DNA of 64,000 nucleotides. Source: Candidatus Saccharimonadota bacterium (GTDB taxonomy: Bacteria > Patescibacteriota > Saccharimonadia > Saccharimonadales > Saccharimonadaceae). Below are positions 36,868 to 46,016 of the stretch, piece by piece. The stretch is from the NCBI GenBank assembly GCA_017556795.1, contig JAFYLZ010000001.1, positions 55,499 through 119,498 on the forward strand. Direction: 5' to 3'. The notes below the pieces were generated by a model, which was not told where the DNA came from, made no database searches, and saw only the letters and a program-made list of their open reading frames with translations. The number at the start of each line of letters is the position of its first letter. Position 1 is the first letter of the stretch. The translations under genes and the position numbers were made by a program.

Positions 36868-38055
36868 TTAGTCCTCCCCTTCTTCCGTCTGCTCGACATC
36901 AGCAGCGCGTTCTTGGAACATGTTTTGAATCTGCGTGTAGGAATCGGTTACGTTGTAGCTACCAGACGGGCCAAAGGTCATCATGTGGTGGTTAGCAAAC
37001 TTGAACACTTTTGGATCAACCTTGATAACTGCATCAAACCTAAGCATCAATTCGCCAGCATCGTTTACGCCGTTCGACGAGCCAGAGATTTCAATGCTCT
37101 CTTCGCCCTTTGGCGCGAGTAGACACTTCGAACCATCTTTTTCCCAAGTAATCTTATCGTCTTTCTTTACAATCGAGTAAATGACGCATTCGCTTTCAAA
37201 GTGAGCCACGCCACTAATCTCGCCAGAAAGATCCATCTTGCCATCTTTAATCCAGCTTTCAAACTGTGGTGTACGCCAAATCTTCACAACTTTTTCACCA
37301 GCATATTCTTCATATTCATAGCCAGAAACGAGCACGTTTTCTTCAGCTACGCCATCCGAAATTACGTCCAAGCCATTGTCCAAAACACCATTTTCAAATG
37401 CTTGAATTTCTTTTTCCTTTTTCTCCTCGGCTTTTGGAGCACAGCCTTCGCGCTCGACTGCCCAGTAAGCATAAAGTTGGCCGTCTTCGGCAAAGAAGGT
37501 GCCGTTCAAATCGTTTTCGATAATACAATAAGCCGGAATATCGTTGCCATCTTTATCAACATAAGTACCGTAATCGTAGGTCAAATAGTTCATACTCTTT
37601 TTGAAGGCATCGAGCACGTTATAATCGATGAATGGTTCGTTTTTAGCATCGGCTTGTGCGTGGAAAGTTAAAGTCGAATCATCCAAATTTACCGTAAGAT
37701 CCGAAATTTCCACCACGTCGCCGTTGGTTGGTTGCAAAGCGAGCAAGATGTTGAAAGTGCGTGAAAGCAAATTCTTTTCGTCTGCCGTACGGTTCAACTT
37801 ATCGACCTGATCTTGCAAGGTCAAGAAATCAGACAAGTCATCGTAATCGTTGATTCTGAGCGACATTTGCGACAAGAGCTCTTTCTTGTTGTTGAGTGCC
37901 AAGCCTTGGCCGCCAACGATCAAGCCAAAAATCAACATCAACCCTGCCGCGACACAGCAAGTAATGAGACAGATGAAGAAAATCAAATTCCTCAACTTCA
38001 AAGCTTTAATCATTTCGCTTTTGACATCTGGAACCAAGTTAATTTCGTGTGCCAT
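36868..38055 (-). CDS. PilN-like pilus assembly protein
   Basis: MAHEINLVP start, TM, coiled coil; position after pilM. Confidence 0.75.
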   Translation of the reverse strand: MAHEINLVPDVKSEMIKALKLRNLIFFICLITCCVAAGLMLIFGLIVGGQGLALNNKKELLSQMSLRINDYDDLSDFLTLQDQVDKLNRTADEKNLLSRTFNILLALQPTNGDVVEISDLTVNLDDSTLTFHAQADAKNEPFIDYNVLDAFKKSMNYLTYDYGTYVDKDGNDIPAYCIIENDLNGTFFAEDGQLYAYWAVEREGCAPKAEEKKEKEIQAFENGVLDNGLDVISDGVAEENVLVSGYEYEEYAGEKVVKIWRTPQFESWIKDGKMDLSGEISGVAHFESECVIYSIVKKDDKITWEKDGSKCLLAPKGEESIEISGSSNGVNDAGELMLRFDAVIKVDPKVFKFANHHMMTFGPSGSYNVTDSYTQIQNMFQERAADVEQTEEGED

Positions 38056-39101
38056 TACTCGTTGCTCCTTTCCGCCAAACCAATCGCCACGGCGAATTCG
38101 CTTGCCACATTAATGAGCGCTTGTTGCTGAGACTCGGTAGTTTGGACTAGCTGCCATGGGTTGCCAATCATCGCTGGGATATTTGTCTTAGCCTCGATGT
38201 ACTCTGGGAACAAAGGAATATTTGCGGCAAAGCTTGAAAGGATGATGTTATCAATCTTCATGTTTGGATACTTCGTCTGCAAGAAGCGGAACGATTTCAC
38301 GAGCTCGCCCACATAGCTTTCCAGTACACTACTAAGCACTCTAAAGACTTGACCTTCTACCTTGTCTTGCGCCAAACCAAACCTCAAAATGAATTGTCTG
38401 GCTTGGTCTTCCCTGACGTTCAAGGTGCTAGCTACGGTTTTTACAAATAATTCAAAACCACCGTGCACTGCACGTACCAAGCGTGGCTGATTCTGATACA
38501 TTACTACGATATCAGACGAATGCTCACCCATATCGACAATCATCGTTGCGTTAATGGCGCCTACTGGGTTAAGAGCTCTGGCCATCGCCAAACATTCTGG
38601 CTCCATCGCCACTACATTCAAGCCAACTTTCTCGATTACCTCGAGCTGAGTCTCGGCATACTCTTTAGCCGTAGAGCTAACCAGCATCTCGACTTTCTCT
38701 GGATCAACTGGACTAGGGCCTAGAGCAATATAATCAACCTTTGCCTCATCCATCGGCATTGGCACGTATTTATCAATTTCATAACTAAAGGCTTTGCGGA
38801 GTTCCTTATCTGGCATCTTTTCAGTCTCGACAATCGAAGTAAAAGTCTTGTTGGATGGCAAACCTAGTGCGATATTTTTGGTCTTAATGCCGGCCTGATT
38901 AACAGCCCCAAGAATTGCCTCACCAAGATGACGCTTACCCAAATCACTTGAGTCCTGCGTTATTCTTTGGTCAATTGGCACATAAGCATACTTCGACAAA
39001 ACGAAGCTACCATTTGCACCTCTGTTCAACTGGATCAATCTCATTGAGTTGGTACCAAGATCCAATGAAAAGAAGTCGCCCACTCCATGAAGTAAATTCA
39101 T
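38055..39101 (-). CDS. pilM: Type IV pilus assembly protein PilM
   Basis: FSLDLGTNSMRLI, KYVPMPMDEAKVDY, VDMGEHSS, IGNPW, AVAIGLAER. Confidence 0.92.
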   Translation of the reverse strand: MNLLHGVGDFFSLDLGTNSMRLIQLNRGANGSFVLSKYAYVPIDQRITQDSSDLGKRHLGEAILGAVNQAGIKTKNIALGLPSNKTFTSIVETEKMPDKELRKAFSYEIDKYVPMPMDEAKVDYIALGPSPVDPEKVEMLVSSTAKEYAETQLEVIEKVGLNVVAMEPECLAMARALNPVGAINATMIVDMGEHSSDIVVMYQNQPRLVRAVHGGFELFVKTVASTLNVREDQARQFILRFGLAQDKVEGQVFRVLSSVLESYVGELVKSFRFLQTKYPNMKIDNIILSSFAANIPLFPEYIEAKTNIPAMIGNPWQLVQTTESQQQALINVASEFAVAIGLAERSNE

Positions 39102-39133
39102 ACTTAAAATTATAAGTATAAGCAAGATAAAAA

Positions 39134-39715
39134 TCAAGCTTTTTTAGCTATTTTCAAAAGATAAAAACGCTCAATATTTCCCTTTTTGCCGGCCACATCG
39201 TTGTCGCGTTTGTCCACTACCAAAAATCCGTTATTTTTTAGCCAATTTTCAAACTTTTTCAAAATCTCGCGACGCATTTTTTCGTTTTTCACCACGCCCT
39301 TTACGAGTTGCTCTGGCTCGGCTTCAAATTGTGGCTTCAGCATCACCAAAAAATCTGCCTTTTTGTTCACGATTTTTTGTGCGTGTGCCAAAATTTTCGT
39401 CAAACTCACAAAAGAAACGTCCGCCACTACCGTGTCGACCGCTTCCAAATCAGCAACATCGAAAAAGTCTGTTTTCTCGTGCAAATCCACTCGCATATCA
39501 AAACGTAGTGGGGCCTTCATTTGATTAGTGCCTTTTTCAATCGCGATAACTCTTTTCGCTCCTAATTTCAGTGCTAGTTCCGTGAACCCTCCCGTAGAAG
39601 AGCCAATGTCTAGCACTGTCTTATTGCGAAAATCGTAGCGGAAAGCTCGCGCTGCCCCCTCGAGCTTTCCTTCTGCGCGTGAAACGAATTTATTTGCGGC
39701 GCTCACGATAGGCAT
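39134..39715 (-). CDS. TlyA-family RNA methyltransferase lacking the S4 domain (start uncertain)
   Basis: FVSRAEGKL, LDIGSSTGGFT, ADVSFVSL, LKPQFE, GNIE; the nearest ATG lies inside the efp 3' end. Confidence 0.8.
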   Translation of the reverse strand: MPIVSAANKFVSRAEGKLEGAARAFRYDFRNKTVLDIGSSTGGFTELALKLGAKRVIAIEKGTNQMKAPLRFDMRVDLHEKTDFFDVADLEAVDTVVADVSFVSLTKILAHAQKIVNKKADFLVMLKPQFEAEPEQLVKGVVKNEKMRREILKKFENWLKNNGFLVVDKRDNDVAGKKGNIERFYLLKIAKKA

Positions 39716-40250
39716 AAGTTTCTGTATCCACCGACACAATGTCGCCTTGTTTGATAAATGCTGGCACCTTGATCACTACGCCAGTTTCGAGCGTGGCATC
39801 TTTCATCACGGAAGATGTCGTATCGCCCTTCACGACTGACTCAGTGTAGGTAACTTCAAGCCAAAGATTCTTTGGCAGAACGAGGTTAATTGGAGTTCCG
39901 TTGTAGAACTGAATTTCCATCTCGTCACCGTCCTTCATAAAATCTTTGGACTCACCAACCATATCGCTGCCAAGTTCGTATTGTTCGAAAGTTTCTGGGT
40001 CCATGAAATAGAACTTCTCGCCATCAGTATAGAGATACTGAACTTTGCGGGTCGTCACTTCAGCTGGCTCAATTTTTTCCTGACCTTTAAAGGTTTTTGG
40101 AAGCAAAGCGCCCGTAATCAAGTTCTTGATTTTGACGTTCACGATTGAGCCGCCACGGCCCATCACTTTTTGTGAATACTCGACCACTTTGTATGGCTGG
40201 CCATCCAAAGTAATCAACACATTCTTCTTTAAATCTGTTGGTCCGTACAT
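39690..40250 (-). CDS. efp: Elongation factor P
   Basis: KVMGRGGSIVNVKIKNL, FYFMDPETFEQ, VKGDT, ATLETG, VPAFIK. Confidence 0.96.
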   Translation of the reverse strand: MYGPTDLKKNVLITLDGQPYKVVEYSQKVMGRGGSIVNVKIKNLITGALLPKTFKGQEKIEPAEVTTRKVQYLYTDGEKFYFMDPETFEQYELGSDMVGESKDFMKDGDEMEIQFYNGTPINLVLPKNLWLEVTYTESVVKGDTTSSVMKDATLETGVVIKVPAFIKQGDIVSVDTETYAYRERRK

Positions 40251-40261
40251 AAAACCCCTTA

Positions 40262-40459
40262 TTAGTTATTAGAAACAAATGGTAACAATGCTAGATGGCG
40301 TGCACGTTTAACGGCAACTGCGAGCTGGCGTTGTTGTTTAGCCGAAAGACCAGTCTTAGAGATTGGCTCAATGCGACCATAAACATCGATATAGCGTTGC
40401 AAAGTCTTCACATCACGATAATCGAAATATAGATCTGGATCGTTTTTAATCCTTCTCAT
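40262..40459 (-). CDS. rpsR: 30S ribosomal protein S18 (Cys-free form)
   Basis: [13 protein letters not shown]...GRI...TG...[19 protein letters not shown]. Confidence 0.95.
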   Translation of the reverse strand: MRRIKNDPDLYFDYRDVKTLQRYIDVYGRIEPISKTGLSAKQQRQLAVAVKRARHLALLPFVSNN

Positions 40460-40496
40460 AATACTCCTTCATTAAAATTAATATAAACCTCTCTTA

Positions 40497-40940
40497 TTAG
40501 AATGGGATTTCAGACAAGTCAATTGGCTCTTCTGGAATATCATCTGGCACAACTTCTGGTTCAGCAGCAGCTGCGTCAGCGCCCTTGCTTGAGTTATCAC
40601 CACGTTCCATACCGGTGAGGAAGTTAAAGTCTTCTACGACGACTTCCACGCGGGAACGTTTTTGGCCGGTGTTTTTATCTTCCCAGCTGCGTTGATCAAG
40701 ACGACCAGAGACCAAGACGCCAGTACCTTTTTTGGCATATTGGTTGATCATCTCACCAAGCTTACCCCAAGCTGAACAATCAATAAAGGAAACGTCTTCC
40801 TGTTGGTTGCCAGATGAATCGCGGAAAACACGATTCACTGCTACCGAGAAAGAACAGACCGATGAACCGTTAGGAGTAGTCCTAAGTTCTGGGTCACGAG
40901 TTAAGTTTCCAGTAATAATTGCTTTAGAAAAACCGCGCAT
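40497..40940 (-). CDS. ssb: Single-stranded DNA-binding protein
   Basis: GNLTRDPELRTT, C-terminal DLSEIPF. Confidence 0.97.
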   Translation of the reverse strand: MRGFSKAIITGNLTRDPELRTTPNGSSVCSFSVAVNRVFRDSSGNQQEDVSFIDCSAWGKLGEMINQYAKKGTGVLVSGRLDQRSWEDKNTGQKRSRVEVVVEDFNFLTGMERGDNSSKGADAAAAEPEVVPDDIPEEPIDLSEIPF

Positions 40941-40946
40941 AATAAA

Positions 40947-41309
40947 TTATTCTCCTTTAACTTCTTCTTTTTCTTCTTCGCTAGAAGCTTTGCGAGCTTT
41001 TTGGCGAGCTTCCATTTTGAGTTTGCGCTCGTCAACAGTCACCAACAAGTAACGAAGTACTTCGTCGGTAATGTTTAGGACACTCGAAATCTTCGATAGA
41101 GCGTTCGTCGGAAGCTCCAATTCGAAGTAGTAATAGACAGCAAAATCTTGAGCAGCGATAGAATAAGCCATGCGCTTCTTTCCGTCGTTCTCTTCTTTGG
41201 TAATTTTGCCGCCATTCGACTCGATCAATTTTTTGACCTTGTCTAGTGCAGGATCCAAGTTCATCTCGAGGTCAGGATGAAACAGGACCGTGAGTTCGTA
41301 ATTTCTCAT
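40947..41309 (-). CDS. rpsF: 30S ribosomal protein S6
   Basis: MRNYELTVLFHPD...AYSI...VLRYLLV; SD AAAGGAG. Confidence 0.95.
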   Translation of the reverse strand: MRNYELTVLFHPDLEMNLDPALDKVKKLIESNGGKITKEENDGKKRMAYSIAAQDFAVYYYFELELPTNALSKISSVLNITDEVLRYLLVTVDERKLKMEARQKARKASSEEEKEEVKGE

Positions 41310-41409
41310 TACACTCCTTTGGATTAAAGCAAACGCAGACACTTCCCGTTTGCTGAGCTAATAATACCCGAATTATATCACGAATTCCCTTTGTTGTCCA
41401 GAGGTAAAA

Positions 41410-41973
41410 TCACTGATCCGCAAAAACCGCTCCCCAATTTTTACTCACATTGTTAGCCGCATGGTTTAAGTATCTAGCCACTCGATTAATGCTTTCCGTT
41501 TTTGCACCCTTTCTAACCCATATTTTGACGATTCCGCGCACCTCAAAATACAGCATTTCGAATAGCTTATCCGCTAGTTCAGGCTCATAACATACTAAAT
41601 CTGGCGCAATCTCTTCCCTGACGCTCAAAATCATTTTGCGAAATACTTTATCCCTGTCATAACGAAATTTAAAAGTAAAAATTTCCCGATTTTGCGCAAT
41701 AAATAACAAGATTCTGCGCCAAACTACTTTCTTTGTCAGCCCAGTAAAATCCAATTTATTAAAATTAGCCATCAGCTCTTCATCTTTTAACTTAAAAATA
41801 TCGCCAACTTGGCGATATTGTCGAAAGAATGTGGCTCTGCCTTTGTTTGCTCTAGCGCATAAATCGGTGGTTTGGACAGAAAGATTATAGTCGTCTTCGC
41901 TTATGATATTCGCTAAAGCAAGATAAAGCGAATCACGACTCCTAGCCACCCTGGAACTAGGTTCTTTACTCAC
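41410..41973 (-). CDS. TetR/AcrR-like transcriptional regulator
   Basis: RVARSRDSLYLAL...TTDLCARANKGRATFFRQY HTH pattern; GTG start 7 nt after TGTAAAAT. Confidence 0.65.
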   Translation of the reverse strand: MSKEPSSRVARSRDSLYLALANIISEDDYNLSVQTTDLCARANKGRATFFRQYRQVGDIFKLKDEELMANFNKLDFTGLTKKVVWRRILLFIAQNREIFTFKFRYDRDKVFRKMILSVREEIAPDLVCYEPELADKLFEMLYFEVRGIVKIWVRKGAKTESINRVARYLNHAANNVSKNWGAVFADQ

Positions 41974-41983
41974 AAATATTATT

Positions 41984-44191
41984 TTACAACATATTTGTGA
42001 TTTCGTCAAACTCTTCCATCGACGAAATCAAAAGATCGCGTGGTTTATTACCATTTGCGGCACCAATTACACCAATTTCTTCAAACCAAATAGCGAGACC
42101 AGACACAAAACCGTGGCCCTTACCAAGATAAGTCTGCAACATAGCAGTCGAGAATTTGCCCTTAGCAAGCGAGATTTCTACCGCCCTACGCACGATTGGA
42201 TCATTTGGATCATATTTCCTACCAAGATCACCAAAGGCGCCACCATCGGTTGGACCAAGACCTTTAATCTGTACTGGTTGCGAAATCACATCGTTGTTGT
42301 ATTCTGGCGGTCTCTGCGACTTCAAGAAGTTTGCCACCTTCTCTTCTTCCTCATCGGATACCCAAGCACCCTGGATACGACGTGGCTGACCAGACATTTC
42401 GGTCGTCAGGAACAACATATCACCCGAACCGAGCAACTTCTCGGCACCAGCCTTATCAAGCATCACGATTGAGTCCATCGTGCTACCCACCGAGAAGGCG
42501 ATACGTGCCGGCACGTTACCTTTAATCAAACCAGTCACCACCTTAACGATTGGCTTCTGGGTTGCAAGCACCAAGTGGAGACCAGCAGCACGACCCTTCT
42601 GCGCCACGCGCACAATCGAAGGCTCCAGCTCCTTGCTAGCCTGCATCATGAGGTCGCTCATTTCGTCGATCACGATTACAATGTATGGCATCTTGCCGCC
42701 ATTTTCTTTCTTCTCTTCCCCTTCGGCTGGCTCCTTGTCCTTAGCCTCAACGCTCTCTTTCTCAATCATCTTGTTGTATTCAGCAATGTTTTTAACACGA
42801 TTCTTAGCTAATAATGAATAGCGCCTCTCCATTTCGTTTACTGCCCACTTCAAAGCCGACACTGCCTGTGCCGTCTCGGTAATGATTGGCGTAAGCAAGT
42901 GTGGAATATCTGCATATTGCACCATTTCCACCTGCTTTGGATCCACCACGATGAGTTTCATGTCGCTTGGAGAGTTGCGATATAGAAGCGACACAATCAT
43001 CGCGTTGGTCATCACAGACTTACCAGAACCAGTTGTACCAGCAATCAAAAGGTGCGGCATTTTAGCCAAGTTCGCTACCACAGCGCGGCCAGAAATATCT
43101 TTACCAACCGCAAAGGTCAAAGGATCGGTTGAATTCTTCCAATCTGGACTCTCGAGAATCGAACGCAGTCTCACATCGGCAGCTTTCACGTTTGGAATTT
43201 CTACACCAACTAAGCTCGTACCTGGAATCGGAGCCTCAATACGCACCGACTTCACGGCCAAGTTGAGCGCCAATTCTTTATCGTGTGTCAAAATCTTCGA
43301 AAGTGCCACACCGGCTGGTGGACGCATTGTGTATTGCGTCACGCGTGGACCAACGTTTGCGCCTTCCATTTCTACTTCAATACCAAAATCTGCCAAAGTC
43401 GAACGGATCACGTAGGCGTTCTGCTGAATATTACCAGCATCGGCGGGTGATTGTTTCTTCGCCAAAAGGTCAATCGATGGCATTTTCCAGTTTGGATCAG
43501 ATACTGCTACCAAAGCCTTTTCTTCTACTGGAGCAACTGGCGCCTTTGCCATTGGCTTAACTGGCACCTTAGCCGAGTCGGCTACCGCCACACCAGAATT
43601 AACTTTGATTTCAATATCGCCAAGTTTTTTGCCTTTGCTTTTGTCGTCAACTTCCGCGTCCAAATGTTCAACTTTTTTACCGGATTTGAGCAAATTCTTG
43701 GTTCCTTTAAAGAATGTCAGAGGTGAAAGTTGCAAAATAAATAGTACAGTAATGAAAATCAATATCACGTAAATCAAAATTGCCACGCTATGATCCAAAA
43801 CTTGCGTGGTCACAGTATCCAACCATTTACCAACTACGCCGCCCATGCCAGCAATGCCGGCAATGCCAGCCACCCACACAATCATTAATACAGCTGCAAA
43901 CCAAATTGGCACTGCCAACTTATTATTGTCGCTGCGGAAAATTTTAATTGCCAAAAATACCAAAAGCATCGGAATTACATATGTAGCAAGACCAATTGCA
44001 TAGTAAGTCCACTCGTGGACTTTATTCAAAATACTGCCACCGTGGCCAAACCAAGTGACGACCAAAAAGAGTGCTACCGCCATCATTAAGACGGCGAAAA
44101 CTTGCCTCCAAAAGCCACCTGGGAGCTCGTGCTCTGCGGCAACTTCCTTCTTTTTTGTGGTCTTCTTTTTTCTACCTCTCTTTTTAGCCAT
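41984..44191 (-). CDS. ftsK: FtsK/SpoIIIE DNA translocase
   Basis: N-terminal TMs, RIEAPIPG, HLLIAGTTGSGKS, VIDEMSDLM, GAEKLLGSGDML, gamma domain. Confidence 0.96.
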   Translation of the reverse strand: MAKKRGRKKKTTKKKEVAAEHELPGGFWRQVFAVLMMAVALFLVVTWFGHGGSILNKVHEWTYYAIGLATYVIPMLLVFLAIKIFRSDNNKLAVPIWFAAVLMIVWVAGIAGIAGMGGVVGKWLDTVTTQVLDHSVAILIYVILIFITVLFILQLSPLTFFKGTKNLLKSGKKVEHLDAEVDDKSKGKKLGDIEIKVNSGVAVADSAKVPVKPMAKAPVAPVEEKALVAVSDPNWKMPSIDLLAKKQSPADAGNIQQNAYVIRSTLADFGIEVEMEGANVGPRVTQYTMRPPAGVALSKILTHDKELALNLAVKSVRIEAPIPGTSLVGVEIPNVKAADVRLRSILESPDWKNSTDPLTFAVGKDISGRAVVANLAKMPHLLIAGTTGSGKSVMTNAMIVSLLYRNSPSDMKLIVVDPKQVEMVQYADIPHLLTPIITETAQAVSALKWAVNEMERRYSLLAKNRVKNIAEYNKMIEKESVEAKDKEPAEGEEKKENGGKMPYIVIVIDEMSDLMMQASKELEPSIVRVAQKGRAAGLHLVLATQKPIVKVVTGLIKGNVPARIAFSVGSTMDSIVMLDKAGAEKLLGSGDMLFLTTEMSGQPRRIQGAWVSDEEEEKVANFLKSQRPPEYNNDVISQPVQIKGLGPTDGGAFGDLGRKYDPNDPIVRRAVEISLAKGKFSTAMLQTYLGKGHGFVSGLAIWFEEIGVIGAANGNKPRDLLISSMEEFDEITNML

Positions 44192-44218
44192 AACTATATT
44201 ATATCACAACCCCAAAAG

Positions 44219-44247
44219 AAAAAGGCTGACGAATTGTCAGCCTATTT
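44219..44247. terminator. Terminator after the membrane ORFan
   Basis: aaaaaggctgac-gaatt-gtcagcctattt. Confidence 0.7.
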
Positions 44248-44787
44248 CACGGTTTTTTTTGTTATTACAAAACGACGGATTTGCTCATATGCGAGAGTCC
44301 CCAGACTAAGGACGATCATGGCAGCTCCCACTACGTCTGTGCCTGTCCATGGCACGGAAAGCGAACTACTGCTGCCAGCAATTGCACAATCGACGTAAAT
44401 AGTTAATATAGCGGCACTTCTAATAGCAATGGCCACACAAACTATCACTATCAACATCAAAACCCCCGAAACCGCTAAGAAAAATGATTTCCAACCGTAG
44501 CCCGGGTCAGTTTCGTAAGTCCTCTTTGACATCTGAGCTCCTTCAGCTATTCTGAATAAAAAGCGGTAAAACAGAACACCCGCAAGAGCAGCCGCAAGCG
44601 ACAACAGAAAATCCAACAACCATCTTCCTTGTAACGGTTCTGGGAATAACAGCACCAAAGCTCCACCCAAACCTAAGCTGTATGCCAATAGTTCACCAAG
44701 CTTGATACAGGTTTTTGTTTTGGCTTGTTTTTCGTTCCTTACGATAATGTAATAACTTAAAGCTACTAACAACAGCACCGTTAACAT
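44242..44787 (-). CDS. Hypothetical multi-TM protein
   Basis: SD AAGGAGGTGG at 44793-44802; several hydrophobic segments. Confidence 0.7.
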   Translation of the reverse strand: MLTVLLLVALSYYIIVRNEKQAKTKTCIKLGELLAYSLGLGGALVLLFPEPLQGRWLLDFLLSLAAALAGVLFYRFLFRIAEGAQMSKRTYETDPGYGWKSFFLAVSGVLMLIVIVCVAIAIRSAAILTIYVDCAIAGSSSSLSVPWTGTDVVGAAMIVLSLGTLAYEQIRRFVITKKTVK

Positions 44788-44896
44788 TTAGCCCACCTCC
44801 TTTTTTCAGCTAAACAGCACTTACTTGTTCTATCCTATATTATATAATATCTTATCTGTTTTTTCAAGAAACAAAAAAACGCCCTTCGGCGAATCT

Positions 44897-44971
44897 TGGC
44901 TGGACCGGCAGGATTCGAACCTGCGAATGCTGGGACCAAAACCCAGTGCCTTACCGCTTGGCGACGGTCCA
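44897..44971 (-). tRNA. tRNA-Gln(TTG)
   Basis: TGGACCG/CGGTCCA acceptor, CTGGG-TTTTGGT-CCCAG anticodon arm, GTTCGAATC, CCA. Confidence 0.95.
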
Positions 44972-45011
44972 ATACCCCGTATTTTACCATAAAATACGGC
45001 AAACGTAAACC

Positions 45012-46016
45012 TTACTGTTGCTTTGGAGCTAAGAATTCTTTCAGCACCAATCCGCTCTCAGATAGGAATTCTTCTAGATTATCACCATCCTGATACTCCG
45101 GCTTTAGCATTGCCGAAGCCTCATCTTTATTCGAGAAAGACCAATAGACCCAGCTAATTTTCTTTTCTTCCAGATAATTAGCCCAGCGGCCAAACGCTTC
45201 CTCATAAATCCTACCGTCACCAGAGGCATCAGTCATACCGCACTCCGAAACAAACACAGCAAACCCCTTCTCGCGGAAATCATCAATACGGTTGCGCAGA
45301 GTAATATTATCTGAACCAGCGTAAAAATGCACAGCATAAACCACATTCGCAAATCCGAGTGGCGAATTAGCCACCGTCACCATTTCCCTACTCCATCCTG
45401 GCATGCCTACAATTACCAAAGCATTCGGCGAATTATCTCGAATCGTACCGATCACGTCTTCGGCATAGCCTTTCACGTCGTTTTCCCAATCCGCATCCCC
45501 GTTTGGCTCGTTGCAAATTTCGTAAATCACGTTCGGTTTCCCCTGATATTTGGCCGAAACTTCGTTAAAGAACTCTTTCGCATCCGTTTGGTACATCGTC
45601 GGCTTATTGTCGTTTAAGATATGCCAATCCACAATCACGTACATATCAAGCTCAATACAGGCATCGATGAGTTCAAAAACTTTATTCTTGAGCTCTCGAT
45701 TCGTGACGTAGCCGTCGTCGTCTGGATTCGTATACATTGCCACTCTAAAAACATTCGTCCCCATCGCTTTCAACTTCTCGATACTTTGCTTGTTGTATAG
45801 TTCCCCAAACCACTGAATACCGTGCGAGCTCACCCCTTTTAGCTGCACCTCCTCTTTATGCTGATTCAGCAAGCGGCTCCCATCCACCGTAAGCCAGCCA
45901 TTATAAGAAACACTATCCATATTACTAATCCTGATTAAATCTTTCACGACGCCGTAAATAGCCAGGCCAGCCACGACCGCGACCGCCACCCATTTTAGCC
46001 ATTTTAGATTCTTCAT
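45012..46016 (-). CDS. GH5 endoglucanase (Cel5A-like) with N-terminal anchor
   Basis: QLKGVSSHGIQW, FRVAMY, YVIVDWHIL, YEICNEP (acid/base), VHFYAG, FVSECG (nucleophile), WSFSNKDE. Confidence 0.93.
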   Translation of the reverse strand: MKNLKWLKWVAVAVVAGLAIYGVVKDLIRISNMDSVSYNGWLTVDGSRLLNQHKEEVQLKGVSSHGIQWFGELYNKQSIEKLKAMGTNVFRVAMYTNPDDDGYVTNRELKNKVFELIDACIELDMYVIVDWHILNDNKPTMYQTDAKEFFNEVSAKYQGKPNVIYEICNEPNGDADWENDVKGYAEDVIGTIRDNSPNALVIVGMPGWSREMVTVANSPLGFANVVYAVHFYAGSDNITLRNRIDDFREKGFAVFVSECGMTDASGDGRIYEEAFGRWANYLEEKKISWVYWSFSNKDEASAMLKPEYQDGDNLEEFLSESGLVLKEFLAPKQQ

